In this document: piece by piece, positions 8,198-17,389 of the stretch
Numbering within the stretch: position 1 is the stretch's first letter
Layout: every line of letters begins with the position of its first letter
Source: Candidatus Binatia bacterium
GTDB lineage: Bacteria > Methylomirabilota > Methylomirabilia > Rokubacteriales > CSP1-6
Reading direction: 5' to 3'
DNA: 39,827 nucleotides
Assembly: GCA_035544455.1 (NCBI GenBank)
Contig: DATKEI010000078.1
Location: 1 to 39,827 of the forward strand
Made by a program: the position numbers and the translations under genes
The notes under the pieces: model-generated
What the model saw: the letters and a program-made list of their open reading frames with translations, nothing else
The model's database searches: none
Told to the model about the DNA's origin: nothing

Positions 8198-9340
8198 ATG
8201 GCGTATCATTCCAGGATGCGACTCTCCTCCCTGCGGTGGTGGCGGATCGGCCTGCTGGGCACCCTCGGCATTGCCCTCGCCGCGGCGCCCGGGAGCGCCC
8301 GCCCGGTGACCTACGTCATTGCGTTCGACGGCGTTTTAGTCCGGGAGCCCTACGGCGTCCCGCTGCCGCCCGAGCTGGCTCACCTCGATCTACCCGCTCC
8401 CGTCGATGTCAAGGAGCCGAACCTGTCGCCGTCCAGCGGCGTCGTTCGGAGCGGAACACCTAGCCCCGGGGTAAGGTACGGGAAGAACGTGGACATTTCC
8501 CGCGAGGGGAAGGCGCTCGACCTCGCCCTCGAGCAGGGCATCCTCGATCGCGAGGGTCAATGGTACGTGTTCCAGGGTATGCGTCTCGGCACCCGGAGGG
8601 CGGGGATCAAGCAGGTCCTCCGGAGGCACCCCGAAGTCCTCGCGGTCCTGGAGGCCGAGCTCGCATCCGGGGGCGCCTCTGCGCCTGCCGCCGCCCTGCG
8701 CGGGCCATCGCCCCATTCCGTGTACGCCTTCGCCCCCGGGAAGATGGTCCGCGCGAACCCGAGCTTCGTCGAGAAGGGATTCGTGGTGGAGGCGTTCTGG
8801 GCGGTCCGGATCGGGTCAGCCGACGCGTACTTCGCGCGCGCGCACTTCCATCCCCCGGATCTGGCCACGGGCTTCGAGGCCCAGCACCTGGGCAACGCAC
8901 GCGAGCTCCACGGACTGTTCATCCGGTCGGCGGACGGGCGGCCGTTCGGGGTGAAGAGCCTGCGCTATCGCGTCACCCGCAACCGCCAGATCCCGACGCG
9001 CTCGATCAGCATCGCCGGATTCACCAACTTCTCGGTGGAGGTCCTGCTGGCCCGGTCGTTCGATCCGCGCCGGCCGGTGCGCGGGCAGTTCGAGGGCTTC
9101 CCCGTCGGCCTTGCCGTGGGCAACGATCCGACGCTCCCCTGGGCAACCCTGCACGTCTTCGGGTTCGAGCTGGTCACCGAGATCTACATCGCCAGCTCGG
9201 CGAGCGTGGACATCGACGACATCGTCCTCGTCCGCAATGAGGTCGACGCGCCGCCGGACGTCCCGGCCGAGTCGGAGGACGTGCCGGCCGAATCGGAGGA
9301 CGCCCCGGGGTCCCACGGCCCGGGGCAGGCGCCGCGGTAG
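8198..9340 (+). CDS. Hypothetical protein with a hydrophobic N-terminus, a RecA C-terminal-domain-like segment and an unknown ~200-aa C-terminal domain
   Basis: ATG at 8198, alternative ATG at 8216 (MRLSSLRWWRIGLLGTLGIALAAAPGSA looks like a signal peptide). The segment YGKNVDISREGKALDLALEQGILDREGQWYVFQGMRLG...HPEVLAVLEAEL matches the RecA C-terminal signature. The C-terminus has a DVPAESE repeat. Confidence 0.6.
   Translation: MAYHSRMRLSSLRWWRIGLLGTLGIALAAAPGSARPVTYVIAFDGVLVREPYGVPLPPELAHLDLPAPVDVKEPNLSPSSGVVRSGTPSPGVRYGKNVDISREGKALDLALEQGILDREGQWYVFQGMRLGTRRAGIKQVLRRHPEVLAVLEAELASGGASAPAAALRGPSPHSVYAFAPGKMVRANPSFVEKGFVVEAFWAVRIGSADAYFARAHFHPPDLATGFEAQHLGNARELHGLFIRSADGRPFGVKSLRYRVTRNRQIPTRSISIAGFTNFSVEVLLARSFDPRRPVRGQFEGFPVGLAVGNDPTLPWATLHVFGFELVTEIYIASSASVDIDDIVLVRNEVDAPPDVPAESEDVPAESEDAPGSHGPGQAPR
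9257..9298 (+). repeat. In-frame 21-bp tandem repeat x2 (plus a partial third) encoding DVPAESE
   Basis: GACGTCCCGGCCGAGTCGGAG / GACGTGCCGGCCGAATCGGAG, read directly. Confidence 0.85.
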
Positions 9341-9469
9341 CGTCGCTCCACCATCGCTGATGGACTGTCCGCGCTGTCGCCACGCCAACCCCGCCCCGGT
9401 CCGCTTCTGCCCGCATGCGGCCGCCGCCTGCGGGCGGCCTGGCGGGGCCGACCGCCCGGAGTGCTCGGG

Positions 9470-9500
9470 CCCCCGCCCCGCCTGCGCTTTGTCGGCACAT
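9470..9500 (-). repeat. Fragment (~31 nt) of the MITE-like repeat, copy D
   Basis: The reverse complement ATGTGCCGACAAAGCGCAGGCGGGGCGGGGG matches copy A positions 71-101 with one mismatch, then diverges. Confidence 0.6.
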
Positions 9501-9531
9501 CGCCCGCCGGCGGCGGGCGGAGCGCGCCCGA

Positions 9532-10704
9532 TCAGTAGGAGCGGGGCATGCCGAGGACGTGCTCCCCGACGTAGGCCATCACGAGGTTGTTGTTGATCGG
9601 CGCGGTGCGGTAGAGGCGCGCTTCCCGGAACTTGCGCTCGATGTCGTACTCCTCGGCAAAGCCGTAGCCGCCGTGGCAGTCGATGCAGGCGTCCCCGGCC
9701 TGGATGGCGGCCTCGGAGGCGAGGAACTTGGCCATGTTGGCCTCGGGTCCGCAGGGGATGCCGGCGTCGAAGAGGCGGGCCGCCTTGGTGCGCATGAGGT
9801 CGGCGGCCTCGATCGCCATGTGGGCGCGGGCGATGGGGAACTGCACGCCCTGGTTGGTCCCGATTGGCTTGCCGAAGATGACGCGCTGACTCGCGTAGGC
9901 GACGGCCTTCTCGATGAACCAGCGCGCATCGCCCAGCGAGTCCGAGGCAACGAGGATGCGCTCGGCGTTCATGCCGTCGAGGATGTACGAGAACCCCTTG
10001 CCCTCCTGGCCGATGAGGCTGTCGGCGGGGATCTGCATGTTGTCGAAGAAGAGCGCGCTGGTGGAGTGGTTCATCATCATCCGCAGGGGCCGGACCTCGA
10101 GGCCCTTGCCCGCGAGCTCCCGGATGTCGATGAGGAACACGCTCAGCCCGTCCGTCTTCCGCTTGACCTGGTCGACCGGCGTGGTGCGGGCGAGGAGCAG
10201 CATGAGGTCGGACTGGAGCACGCGCGAGATGAACATCTTCTGCCCGTTGACCACATAGCGGTCGCCCGTGCGCTGGGCGGTGGTCTGCAGCTTGGTCGTG
10301 TCCGAGCCCGCGTTGGGCTCGGTCACGCCGAAGGCCTGCAGGCGCAGCTCCCCGGTGGCGATCTTGGGCAGGTACGCCCGCTTCTGCGCCTCCGAGCCGT
10401 GCCGGAGCACGGTGCCCATGATGTACATCTGGGCGTGGCAGGCCCCCGCGTTCCCGCCGGAGCGGTTGATCTCCTCGAGGATGATGGCGGCCTCGATCAT
10501 CCCGAGCCCCGCCCCGCCGTACTCCTGGGGGATGAGGGCAGCCAGGTAGCCGGCCTTGGTCAGCTCGTTGACGAAGGCCTCGGGGTACTCGCGCCGCGTG
10601 TCGAGGTCGCGCCAGTACTCGGCCGGGTACTGCTTGCACAGCTCGTACACCGCGGCCCGGAGGGCCCGCTGGTCATCGCTCAGCACGAACGTCATGTCCG
10701 CCAT
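9532..10704 (-). CDS. Acyl-CoA dehydrogenase
   Basis: 390 aa. Motifs FGVTEPNAGSD, YVVNGQKMFIS and C-terminal EIYEG-like QGGYGF region. GGGAGGGA RBS. Confidence 0.93.
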   Translation of the reverse strand: MADMTFVLSDDQRALRAAVYELCKQYPAEYWRDLDTRREYPEAFVNELTKAGYLAALIPQEYGGAGLGMIEAAIILEEINRSGGNAGACHAQMYIMGTVLRHGSEAQKRAYLPKIATGELRLQAFGVTEPNAGSDTTKLQTTAQRTGDRYVVNGQKMFISRVLQSDLMLLLARTTPVDQVKRKTDGLSVFLIDIRELAGKGLEVRPLRMMMNHSTSALFFDNMQIPADSLIGQEGKGFSYILDGMNAERILVASDSLGDARWFIEKAVAYASQRVIFGKPIGTNQGVQFPIARAHMAIEAADLMRTKAARLFDAGIPCGPEANMAKFLASEAAIQAGDACIDCHGGYGFAEEYDIERKFREARLYRTAPINNNLVMAYVGEHVLGMPRSY

Positions 10705-10720
10705 GTCGCGCTCCCTCCCG

Positions 10721-11515
10721 CTATCGGCCCTGGAACCGGGGCTTGCGTTTCTCGTTGAAGGCGCGCACGCCCTCCAGGCGGTCGTCGGTGGTCACCGTGT
10801 TGTTGTAGGCCTCGATGGCGAGGGCCATGGCGGTCCCGAGGTCGGTCTCGCTGCCCCAGGCCACCGCCTTCTTCGCCTGGCGCACGGCCACCGGTCCGTT
10901 CTCTGCGATGGTGGCGGCGATATCGAGCGCCCGCGCCCGCGCCTGGCCGGCGGGGACCACGTGGTTCACGAGGCCGATGGCCCGGGCCTCGGCGGCGGGG
11001 ACGCGGCGGCCGGTGAAGATCATCTCCTTGGCCATGGGCGCGCCCACGATGCGGGGCAGGAGCTGGGTGCCGCCGATGCCCGGGAAGATCCCGCGCGTGA
11101 CCTCCGGCACGGCGAAGACCGCGGTCTCGCCGGCCACGATGAAGTCCGACAGGACGGCCAGCTCGCAGCCGCCGCCGAGGGCGAAGCCCTCCACTGCCGC
11201 GATCACCGGCATCGGGCAGCGCAGCAGGCGGAAGGCGCCCTCCTCGAAGATGACGTGCTGGGCGCGCCAGGCCTCATCGGTCATGCCCTCGCGCTCCTTC
11301 AGGTCGCCCCCCACGCAGAAGGCCCTCTCGCCGGCGCCGGCGAAGACCACCGCGCGCGCGGCTCGATCCCAGAAGAGCGCCTCGAAGCAGCGCGCGAGGT
11401 CCTCGCCCATGGCCGTGTTCATGGCGTTGAGGGCCTCGGGCCGGTGCATCTCGACGGTCACGACGTGCCCGTCCGGCGAGCGCTCGACGCGCAGGTGCCG
11501 GTAGTCGTCGGTCAT
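10721..11515 (-). CDS. Enoyl-CoA hydratase/isomerase (crotonase family)
   Basis: 264 aa starting MTDDYRHLRVE. Motifs FCVGGDLKE and GFALGGGCELA. The rest of the 645-aa track ORF is a read-through of the upstream gene in another frame. Confidence 0.92.
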   Translation of the reverse strand: MTDDYRHLRVERSPDGHVVTVEMHRPEALNAMNTAMGEDLARCFEALFWDRAARAVVFAGAGERAFCVGGDLKEREGMTDEAWRAQHVIFEEGAFRLLRCPMPVIAAVEGFALGGGCELAVLSDFIVAGETAVFAVPEVTRGIFPGIGGTQLLPRIVGAPMAKEMIFTGRRVPAAEARAIGLVNHVVPAGQARARALDIAATIAENGPVAVRQAKKAVAWGSETDLGTAMALAIEAYNNTVTTDDRLEGVRAFNEKRKPRFQGR

Positions 11516-12720
11516 GGCGCGCCGCCGGCGGTCTGGACGACCTTGCGGGCGACCAGGTCCTCGATGCCGGTCCGGTCGTAGCCCAGCTCGGCGAGGACCT
11601 CGGCGGAGTGCTCGCCGAGGAGGGGCGGGACGCGCCGCCCCGCGCCGCGCTCGCCGTCCCAGCGCACGGGCATGGCTACCTCGCGGTAGCTGGCCAGGCG
11701 CGGATGGGGGGCGGGCGCGAACATGCCGCTCGCTTGCGTCTGTGGCTCCGCGGCCACGCGGTCGACGGTCAGGATCGGCGCGCAGGGGACGCCGGCGCGC
11801 TCGAGCCGCTCCAGGACGTCGGACGCGGCGAGACCGCGGGTCACCTTGGCGAGTAGCTCGAACAGCGCCGCGCGGTGCCGCACGCGCGAGGGGTTGTCGG
11901 CAAAGCGGGGGTCGCGGGCCAGGCCCGGCACGGAGAGCGCCTCCGCGGCCCGGCCGAAGAGGCTGTCCGAGCCGGCGGCGATCATGACCCAGGCCTCGCG
12001 CGTCGGGAACGCCTCGTAGGGGACGATCATGGCCGTGCCCGACCCGTGCGCCTGCGGCGTCTCGCCGGTGGCGAAGTACTGGTTGGCCGGCACGGCCGTC
12101 CAGGCGAGCGCCGTCTCGTAGAGCGCGGTGGTGACATGCTGGCCGGCGCCAGTCCGGTCGCGCTCGCGGAGGGCGCCGAGGATGGCCATCACCGCCCACA
12201 TCCCCGTCCCCATGTCCACGATGGAGATCGGCACCCTCACCGGCGGCTGTCCGGGGTGTCCGGTGATGGACATGATCCCCCCCGAGGCTTGCATGAGCGG
12301 ATCGTAGCCCGGGCGGTCGCGGAGCGGGCCCTCGGTGCCGTAGGCGGTGACGGAGCAGTAGATCAGCCGCCCGTTCAGGGCGCGGGCCCGGTCCCAGCCG
12401 AGGCCGAGCTCGTCGGCCACGCCCGCCCGCAGCGACTGCACGAAGACGTCGGCGCGGGCGATCAGCCGCTCCGCCACGGTCCGGCCCTCGGGCGCCTTGA
12501 TGTCGACGGCGAGGCTCCGCTTGTTCCGGTTCATTGCCATGAAGGTGGCGCTCTCGTCTCCCCAGTAGGGCGGAGCCCACGCGCGCGCGTCGTCCCCGCG
12601 CCCGGGGCGCTCGATCTTGACGATCTCCGCCCCCATGTCGCCGAGGATCTGCGTGCAATAGGGACCGGCTACGTTCTGGGTGAGGTCGGCGACCAAGAGC
12701 CCGGCGAGGGGGGCGGTCAT
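11512..12720 (-). CDS. Family III CoA-transferase (CaiB/BaiF)
   Basis: 402 aa starting MTAPLAGLLVADLTQNVAGPYCT. Motifs ERPGRGDD and NRNKRS. Its stop overlaps the hydratase start (ATGA at 11512-11515). Confidence 0.92.
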   Translation of the reverse strand: MTAPLAGLLVADLTQNVAGPYCTQILGDMGAEIVKIERPGRGDDARAWAPPYWGDESATFMAMNRNKRSLAVDIKAPEGRTVAERLIARADVFVQSLRAGVADELGLGWDRARALNGRLIYCSVTAYGTEGPLRDRPGYDPLMQASGGIMSITGHPGQPPVRVPISIVDMGTGMWAVMAILGALRERDRTGAGQHVTTALYETALAWTAVPANQYFATGETPQAHGSGTAMIVPYEAFPTREAWVMIAAGSDSLFGRAAEALSVPGLARDPRFADNPSRVRHRAALFELLAKVTRGLAASDVLERLERAGVPCAPILTVDRVAAEPQTQASGMFAPAPHPRLASYREVAMPVRWDGERGAGRRVPPLLGEHSAEVLAELGYDRTGIEDLVARKVVQTAGGAP

Positions 12721-12834
12721 GAGAAGCCGATTATAGCCTTGCTCGCCCGCTTCATTCGGAAGCCGCATCTTTCTTGTCTTGGGATCAATCGCGGGGGAGG
12801 GTAGGCTTGGGGTGCAGCGAGGACCCTGACGCCG

Positions 12835-15195
12835 ATGCTCGACGACCTGCTGTGGGCCCTCGTCCTCGTCGCCATCCTCGTCCTCGTCGTGCGCGGCCTC
12901 GGCGGGATCAAGTCGTCGCCACCAGCTGCGGATCCGCTGGCCGCCCGCCTCGCCGCCGTCGAGGACGAGCTGCGGGATGTGAAGGCCCAGCTCCGCCTGC
13001 TCGTCGAGCGCGTGTGGTTCCTGGAGCAGGGGCGCGGGGCGGGTGGGCCGCAGTCCACCGTGGACGATCGAGCGGCCGCGGGTTCCGAGCCCGCCGATGT
13101 GGGTGGCCTCGTGCCGGAAGCCGCCGGGCCGGGCAGTCCGGACGAGATCTCGCCGGCGGTGGCCGACGTACCCCACGAGATGTCGCGCACCCCGCTGGGG
13201 CCCCCGTGGCCTCCGGCCGCGCCCGGCAACGTCCCGCCGGGCGTCCCCGCGCCCAGGGCGGCCCGCGACCTCGAGCAGCGGATCGGAGCGCGCTGGACCA
13301 CCTGGGTCGGGGTCCTCGCCATCCTCTTTGCCCTCAGCTTCTTCCTCCGCTGGGCGTTCGAGCGCCAGCTCGTCGGTGAGCTCGCCCGCTGCCTCGTGGG
13401 CGTGGCCGTGGGCGCGGCCCTCCTGGTGGCCGGCCAGCGCCTGCACCGGCGGCGCGACCTGCCCTACCTGAGCGAGGGACTGAGCGGCGGAGGCCTGGGC
13501 GCGCTGTACCTCTCCCTGTACGCCGCCCACGTCTTCTACGGGTTCATCGGCTCAGGCGCCGCCTTCTATCTCATGTTCCTCGTCACCCTCGCCGGCGCGG
13601 CGGTGGCGGTGAACACCCACCGCCAGGTGACGGCGATGCTCGCGCTCATCGGCGGCCTCCTCACCCCGATCCTGCTCGCGAGCGGGCGGCCCAACGAGCG
13701 TGTGCTGCTCGGATACGTGCTTGTCCTGGACTGCCTGGCCCTCGCCGTCGCCCGTTACCGGAGCTGGCCGGCCCTGGGGTACGTGGCGTGGGCGGGCAGC
13801 GCGCTCCTGATCATGCCGGGGATCGAGAGGAGACCGGAGCGCGCTGTCCTGGCCGGCCGGCTGATCCTGCTCACCGCCATCTGGGCCGTGTTCCTGGCCC
13901 TGCCCCTGGTCCGCGAGCTGGTCGAGCGCCGCCGGGAGCGCGAGCTGGACCAGGTCCTGGTCGTGCTGAACGCCGCCGGCTATTTCTACGCGCTCTACGC
14001 GACCCTCTCGTGGTGGGCTCCGGGCGCGCAGGGGCCGTGTGCCCTCGGCCTTGCCGCCGTGTACTGGCTGGTGGCCATCCTCTGCCGGCGCCGCGTGCCC
14101 GACGACGCCCTGAGCGCGCCCACGCATGTCGGGGTGGCCCTGACCTTCCTCACCGTGGGGATCGGGCTTGCCCTCCGGGGGCCGTGGATCACCCTGGCGT
14201 GGGCTGCCCAGGGGCTGGCGCTGCTCGCGGTGGCGCCGCGCGCGGCGAGCCCGGTCGCGAGCTGGGGCGCGATGGCGGCGCTGGCCCTGGCGGCGGGCCG
14301 CGTCATCTGGGTCGATCCGTCCTGGGACCCGCCCGTGACCAGGGTCTGGAACGCGACCTTCCTCGCGCATCTGCTGGTGGTGACGGCGCTGGCGATCGGA
14401 GGCTCCTGGGCCCGGCGTCTCCGGCCCGGCCAGCCGCCCGGTCTCGGCGCCGAGCGTGCTCGCGACGCGCTGTGGCTCGCCAGCGCCCTCGTGCTGGCCG
14501 CGCTCCTGTGGCGGGAGCCCACCGGCCTCTGGCCGGCCGTGCTGCTCTCGATGGAGCTGATCGCCGTGGGCTGGCTCGGGCGTGTCGCGCAATCGCCGGC
14601 GTTCCTGGTGGCGACGCCGCTGCTGGCTGCCGCCGTGCTTGCCCGCATCCTCGGCGCGGACGCCCCGCTTGCCCGGCGCGCGGCGGCCCGCCTCGTCAAC
14701 GCTCCGCTCCTGGTGCGAATGGGGGCCTGCGTCGCCATGGCGCTGGCCGGCCAGAGCCTGTCCCGCGCCGGCGCCGGCCCGGCCTGGCTCGCGATGAGCC
14801 GCCTGCTCTCGTGCGGCGCCGCCGTCCTGCTCCTCGCCGTGCTCAGCGCCGGCTGGGTTGCCCACCAGGATGTCGCGCGCGCTGCCGCCCGCCGCGCCGG
14901 CGACTTCGTGGGCGCCGAGGAGATCCGCTGGCGCATGCAGGTCGGGCTCTCCGTGCTCTGGACGATCTTCGCCTCCGCGGCGCTCGTCTGGGGCTTCGCC
15001 CGGTCGCTTCCCGCCCTCCGCTACGGCGCCCTCGCTCTGCTCGGCGTCGTGATCGCGAAGGTCTCCGTGGTCGACCTCGCCGCCGTCCACACCGGCTACC
15101 GCATCGTCTCGTTCCTCGTCCTCGGCCTGGTCCTCCTCGGGGTCTCCTACCTCTACCAGCGTCGGCGCAACATCGACGGTGCCGCCGGCGGCTGA
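12835..15195 (+). CDS. Polytopic membrane protein, DUF2339-like
   Basis: 786 aa. N-terminal TM, then a coiled-coil-like LAARLAAVEDELRDVKAQLRLL, then roughly 20 hydrophobic segments. The family assignment is from memory of that architecture. Confidence 0.75.
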   Translation: MLDDLLWALVLVAILVLVVRGLGGIKSSPPAADPLAARLAAVEDELRDVKAQLRLLVERVWFLEQGRGAGGPQSTVDDRAAAGSEPADVGGLVPEAAGPGSPDEISPAVADVPHEMSRTPLGPPWPPAAPGNVPPGVPAPRAARDLEQRIGARWTTWVGVLAILFALSFFLRWAFERQLVGELARCLVGVAVGAALLVAGQRLHRRRDLPYLSEGLSGGGLGALYLSLYAAHVFYGFIGSGAAFYLMFLVTLAGAAVAVNTHRQVTAMLALIGGLLTPILLASGRPNERVLLGYVLVLDCLALAVARYRSWPALGYVAWAGSALLIMPGIERRPERAVLAGRLILLTAIWAVFLALPLVRELVERRRERELDQVLVVLNAAGYFYALYATLSWWAPGAQGPCALGLAAVYWLVAILCRRRVPDDALSAPTHVGVALTFLTVGIGLALRGPWITLAWAAQGLALLAVAPRAASPVASWGAMAALALAAGRVIWVDPSWDPPVTRVWNATFLAHLLVVTALAIGGSWARRLRPGQPPGLGAERARDALWLASALVLAALLWREPTGLWPAVLLSMELIAVGWLGRVAQSPAFLVATPLLAAAVLARILGADAPLARRAAARLVNAPLLVRMGACVAMALAGQSLSRAGAGPAWLAMSRLLSCGAAVLLLAVLSAGWVAHQDVARAAARRAGDFVGAEEIRWRMQVGLSVLWTIFASAALVWGFARSLPALRYGALALLGVVIAKVSVVDLAAVHTGYRIVSFLVLGLVLLGVSYLYQRRRNIDGAAGG

Positions 15196-15198
15196 TGA

Positions 15199-15294
15199 CC
15201 TGAGTCAGAGATGTGCCGACAGAGCACCGGGCGGGGGAGGACCCCCACCCCACCCGGCGCCGCGAGCCGACGAACGTCTGACTCCGGACACTGG
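15199..15294 (+). repeat. MITE-like repeat, copy E (short, both termini, centre deleted)
   Basis: CCTGAGTCAGAGATGTGCCGACAGAGC...GTCTGACTCCGGACACTGG. The arms fold directly onto each other around an AGGA loop. It begins 4 nt after the DUF2339 stop. Confidence 0.8.
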
Positions 15295-15322
15295 CCCGGA
15301 CTCTATGTGAACCAGACGCCCA

Positions 15323-15381
15323 CCCTCACCCCAACCCTCTCCCTCTCCGAGCCCCGAAGGGGGAGAGGGCAGGGGTGAGGG
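15323..15381. repeat. REP-like GC-rich bipartite hairpin
   Basis: CCCTCACCCC-AA-CCCTCTCCC ... GGGAGAGGG-CA-GGGGTGAGGG. 10+9 bp complementary arms, read directly. Confidence 0.8.
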
Positions 15382-15430
15382 GGCCCGGGCCAGCAGGAGG
15401 AGGAGAACGCGACATGATGCCGTCACCCCC

Positions 15431-15961
15431 GTGCTGCCGATCCTCCTCGCCCTCGCCACCACCACCGCCGCCCAGCCCGGCGCAAGACCCGCCCCGGCAG
15501 CGGAGGGCCAGACGCTCTCGGCCCGGGCCCGCCTCGCCGGCGCGCGGGGCGAGCCCGTCGGCGAGGTCGCGCTGAGGCAGACGCCTCACGGCGTGCTCCT
15601 CACCGTGTCGCTCACCGGAGTGCCGCCCGGCGAGCGCGCCTTCCACATCCACGCCGCCGGCCGGTGCGAGCCCACCTTTGCCGCCGCCGGCGGCCACTTC
15701 AATCCCGGCGACCGGCAGCACGGTATCGCGAATCCCCGCGGCATGCACGCCGGGGACCTCCCCAACCTCCATGTGCCCGACAGCGGGCGGCTCACCGTGG
15801 AGATCCTGGCCCACGCGGTCACCCTCGAGCCCGGCCGGCCCGGCAGCCTGCTCGGCGGCGAGGGCACCGCCCTCGTCATCCACGCCGGGCCCGACGACCA
15901 CCGCACCGATCCCGCCGGCAACGCCGGCGATCGCATCGCCTGCGGGGTGGTGAGGCGATGA
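15431..15961 (+). CDS. sodC: Cu/Zn superoxide dismutase (periplasmic)
   Basis: Motifs FHIHAAGRCE, GGHFNP, HAGDLPNL, VIHAGPDD and GNAGDRIACGVV. The start is GTG 15431, but see the finding about an out-of-frame SD+ATG at 15414. Confidence 0.88.
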   Translation: MLPILLALATTTAAQPGARPAPAAEGQTLSARARLAGARGEPVGEVALRQTPHGVLLTVSLTGVPPGERAFHIHAAGRCEPTFAAAGGHFNPGDRQHGIANPRGMHAGDLPNLHVPDSGRLTVEILAHAVTLEPGRPGSLLGGEGTALVIHAGPDDHRTDPAGNAGDRIACGVVRR

Positions 15962-16099
15962 GCGCCTGACCTGGGCCGGCCGTCACCCGTGGCATACTCG
16001 GGCGGTGACCGGCACCGCGATCCCGCATCCGCGGCCGCAGCGCCCGCCGCGCCTCCCGGCCGGCGCGGAGCGGACCGGGCAGCCCCCCGGGCGCCCTCG

Positions 16100-17389
16100 A
16101 TGACGCTCGCCCAGCCGGAGCCGCAGGCCCCCGTCGATCTGGCGCCTCCGCCCCCGCCGGAGAGCGTGGAGGACACCGGCCTCGACCTCGGCTTCCTCGC
16201 CGACCTGGCGCTCAAGACGGTCGCCGCCGACGCCAACTGCACCACCGATCGCGTCGCCGATCGGATCAAGCTCCCCCCGCCCCTGGCCGAGATCCTCCTG
16301 CAGCACCTCTACCAGGAGAAGCTCGTGGAGATCCGCGGGCTGGTGGCCTTCCGGAACCACCGCTACGCCATGATCGAGCGCGGCTGGCAGCGCGTCCAGC
16401 GCCTCCTCGAGACCAGCGGCTATGTCGGCCCCGCCCCGGTGTCGCTCGGCGCCTACACCGAGATGATCCAGCGCCAGGAGCGCCACCGGCCGCGTGTCCG
16501 GCCCGAGGCCATCCAGGCCGCCATGGGCCACCTCGTGCTCGCCCCGGGCACCCTCCAGACGCTCGGCCTGGTGGCCAGCTCGCGGCGGAGCCTCTTCATC
16601 ACCGGGCCGGCCGGCAACGGCAAGACCTCCATCGCCCGGGCCCTGCACGACGCCCAGGCCGGCGACCTGGAGATCCCGTACGCCATCGAGGTCGACGGCC
16701 AGGTCATCAAGATCTTCGACATCCACAACCACCAGCCCGTCGACCTCGCGCCGGGCCAGGCCCACGACCAGCGCTGGGTCAGGATCAGGCGCCCCTTGGT
16801 GATCGTCGGCGGCGAGCTGGCGATCGAGACCATGGACCTGATCTACAGCCGCACCGTCCGCTTCTACGAGGCGCCGTTCCAGATGAAGTCCAACGGCGGC
16901 ACCCTGGTCATCGACGACTTCGGGCGCCAGCGGGTGGACCCGCACGACCTGCTGAACCGCTGGATCATCCCGCTGGAGGGGCACATCGACTACCTGACCC
17001 TGCACACCGGCAAGAAGATCGAGGTGCCGTTCGAGCAGCTCCTGGTCTTCGCCACCAACCTGGCGCCCGAGTCGATCGTCGACGACGCCTTCCTGCGGCG
17101 CATGGGCTACCGCCTGCGGGTGGAGCGGCCGGACCGGGACGCCTACGCCAGCATCTTCTGCCGCCACGTGGAGGCGCTGGGCCTCCGCTGGGATCGGCAG
17201 CTGCTCGACACGCTCTTCGCCCTCTACGAGCGCGACGGGCGCCCCATGGCGGGGTGCGAGCCGCGCGACCTGGTCGACCGCTGCGCCGACATCGCCCGCT
17301 TCGAGCACCGCCCCCTGGCCCTCACGCCCGAGCTGATCGAGGTGGCGTGGGTGAACTACTTCGGCTCCGCCGCGCGCGGGCGGCAGTAG
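16100..17389 (+). CDS. AAA+ family ATPase, function unknown
   Basis: Walker A GPAGNGKTS, Walker B LVIDDFG, FATNL...DDAFLRR sensor/Arg region. The start is placed at MTLAQPE (ATG 16100). Confidence 0.8.
   Translation: MTLAQPEPQAPVDLAPPPPPESVEDTGLDLGFLADLALKTVAADANCTTDRVADRIKLPPPLAEILLQHLYQEKLVEIRGLVAFRNHRYAMIERGWQRVQRLLETSGYVGPAPVSLGAYTEMIQRQERHRPRVRPEAIQAAMGHLVLAPGTLQTLGLVASSRRSLFITGPAGNGKTSIARALHDAQAGDLEIPYAIEVDGQVIKIFDIHNHQPVDLAPGQAHDQRWVRIRRPLVIVGGELAIETMDLIYSRTVRFYEAPFQMKSNGGTLVIDDFGRQRVDPHDLLNRWIIPLEGHIDYLTLHTGKKIEVPFEQLLVFATNLAPESIVDDAFLRRMGYRLRVERPDRDAYASIFCRHVEALGLRWDRQLLDTLFALYERDGRPMAGCEPRDLVDRCADIARFEHRPLALTPELIEVAWVNYFGSAARGRQ

Noticed and set aside
6421-8199. 592-aa minus-strand ORF
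   Set aside because: Antisense to the hydantoinase gene. Low-complexity Arg/Gly-rich translation with no motifs.
8816-10639. 607-aa minus-strand ORF overlapping the acyl-CoA dehydrogenase region
   Set aside because: It is an alternative frame of the same strand as the dehydrogenase and runs antisense through the 8198-9340 ORF. The dehydrogenase frame carries all recognisable motifs.
10721-12720. Overlapping start/stop codons in the CoA-transferase / hydratase / dehydrogenase operon as something unusual
   Set aside because: ATGA-type translational coupling is commonplace in compact operons. It is recorded in the features only.
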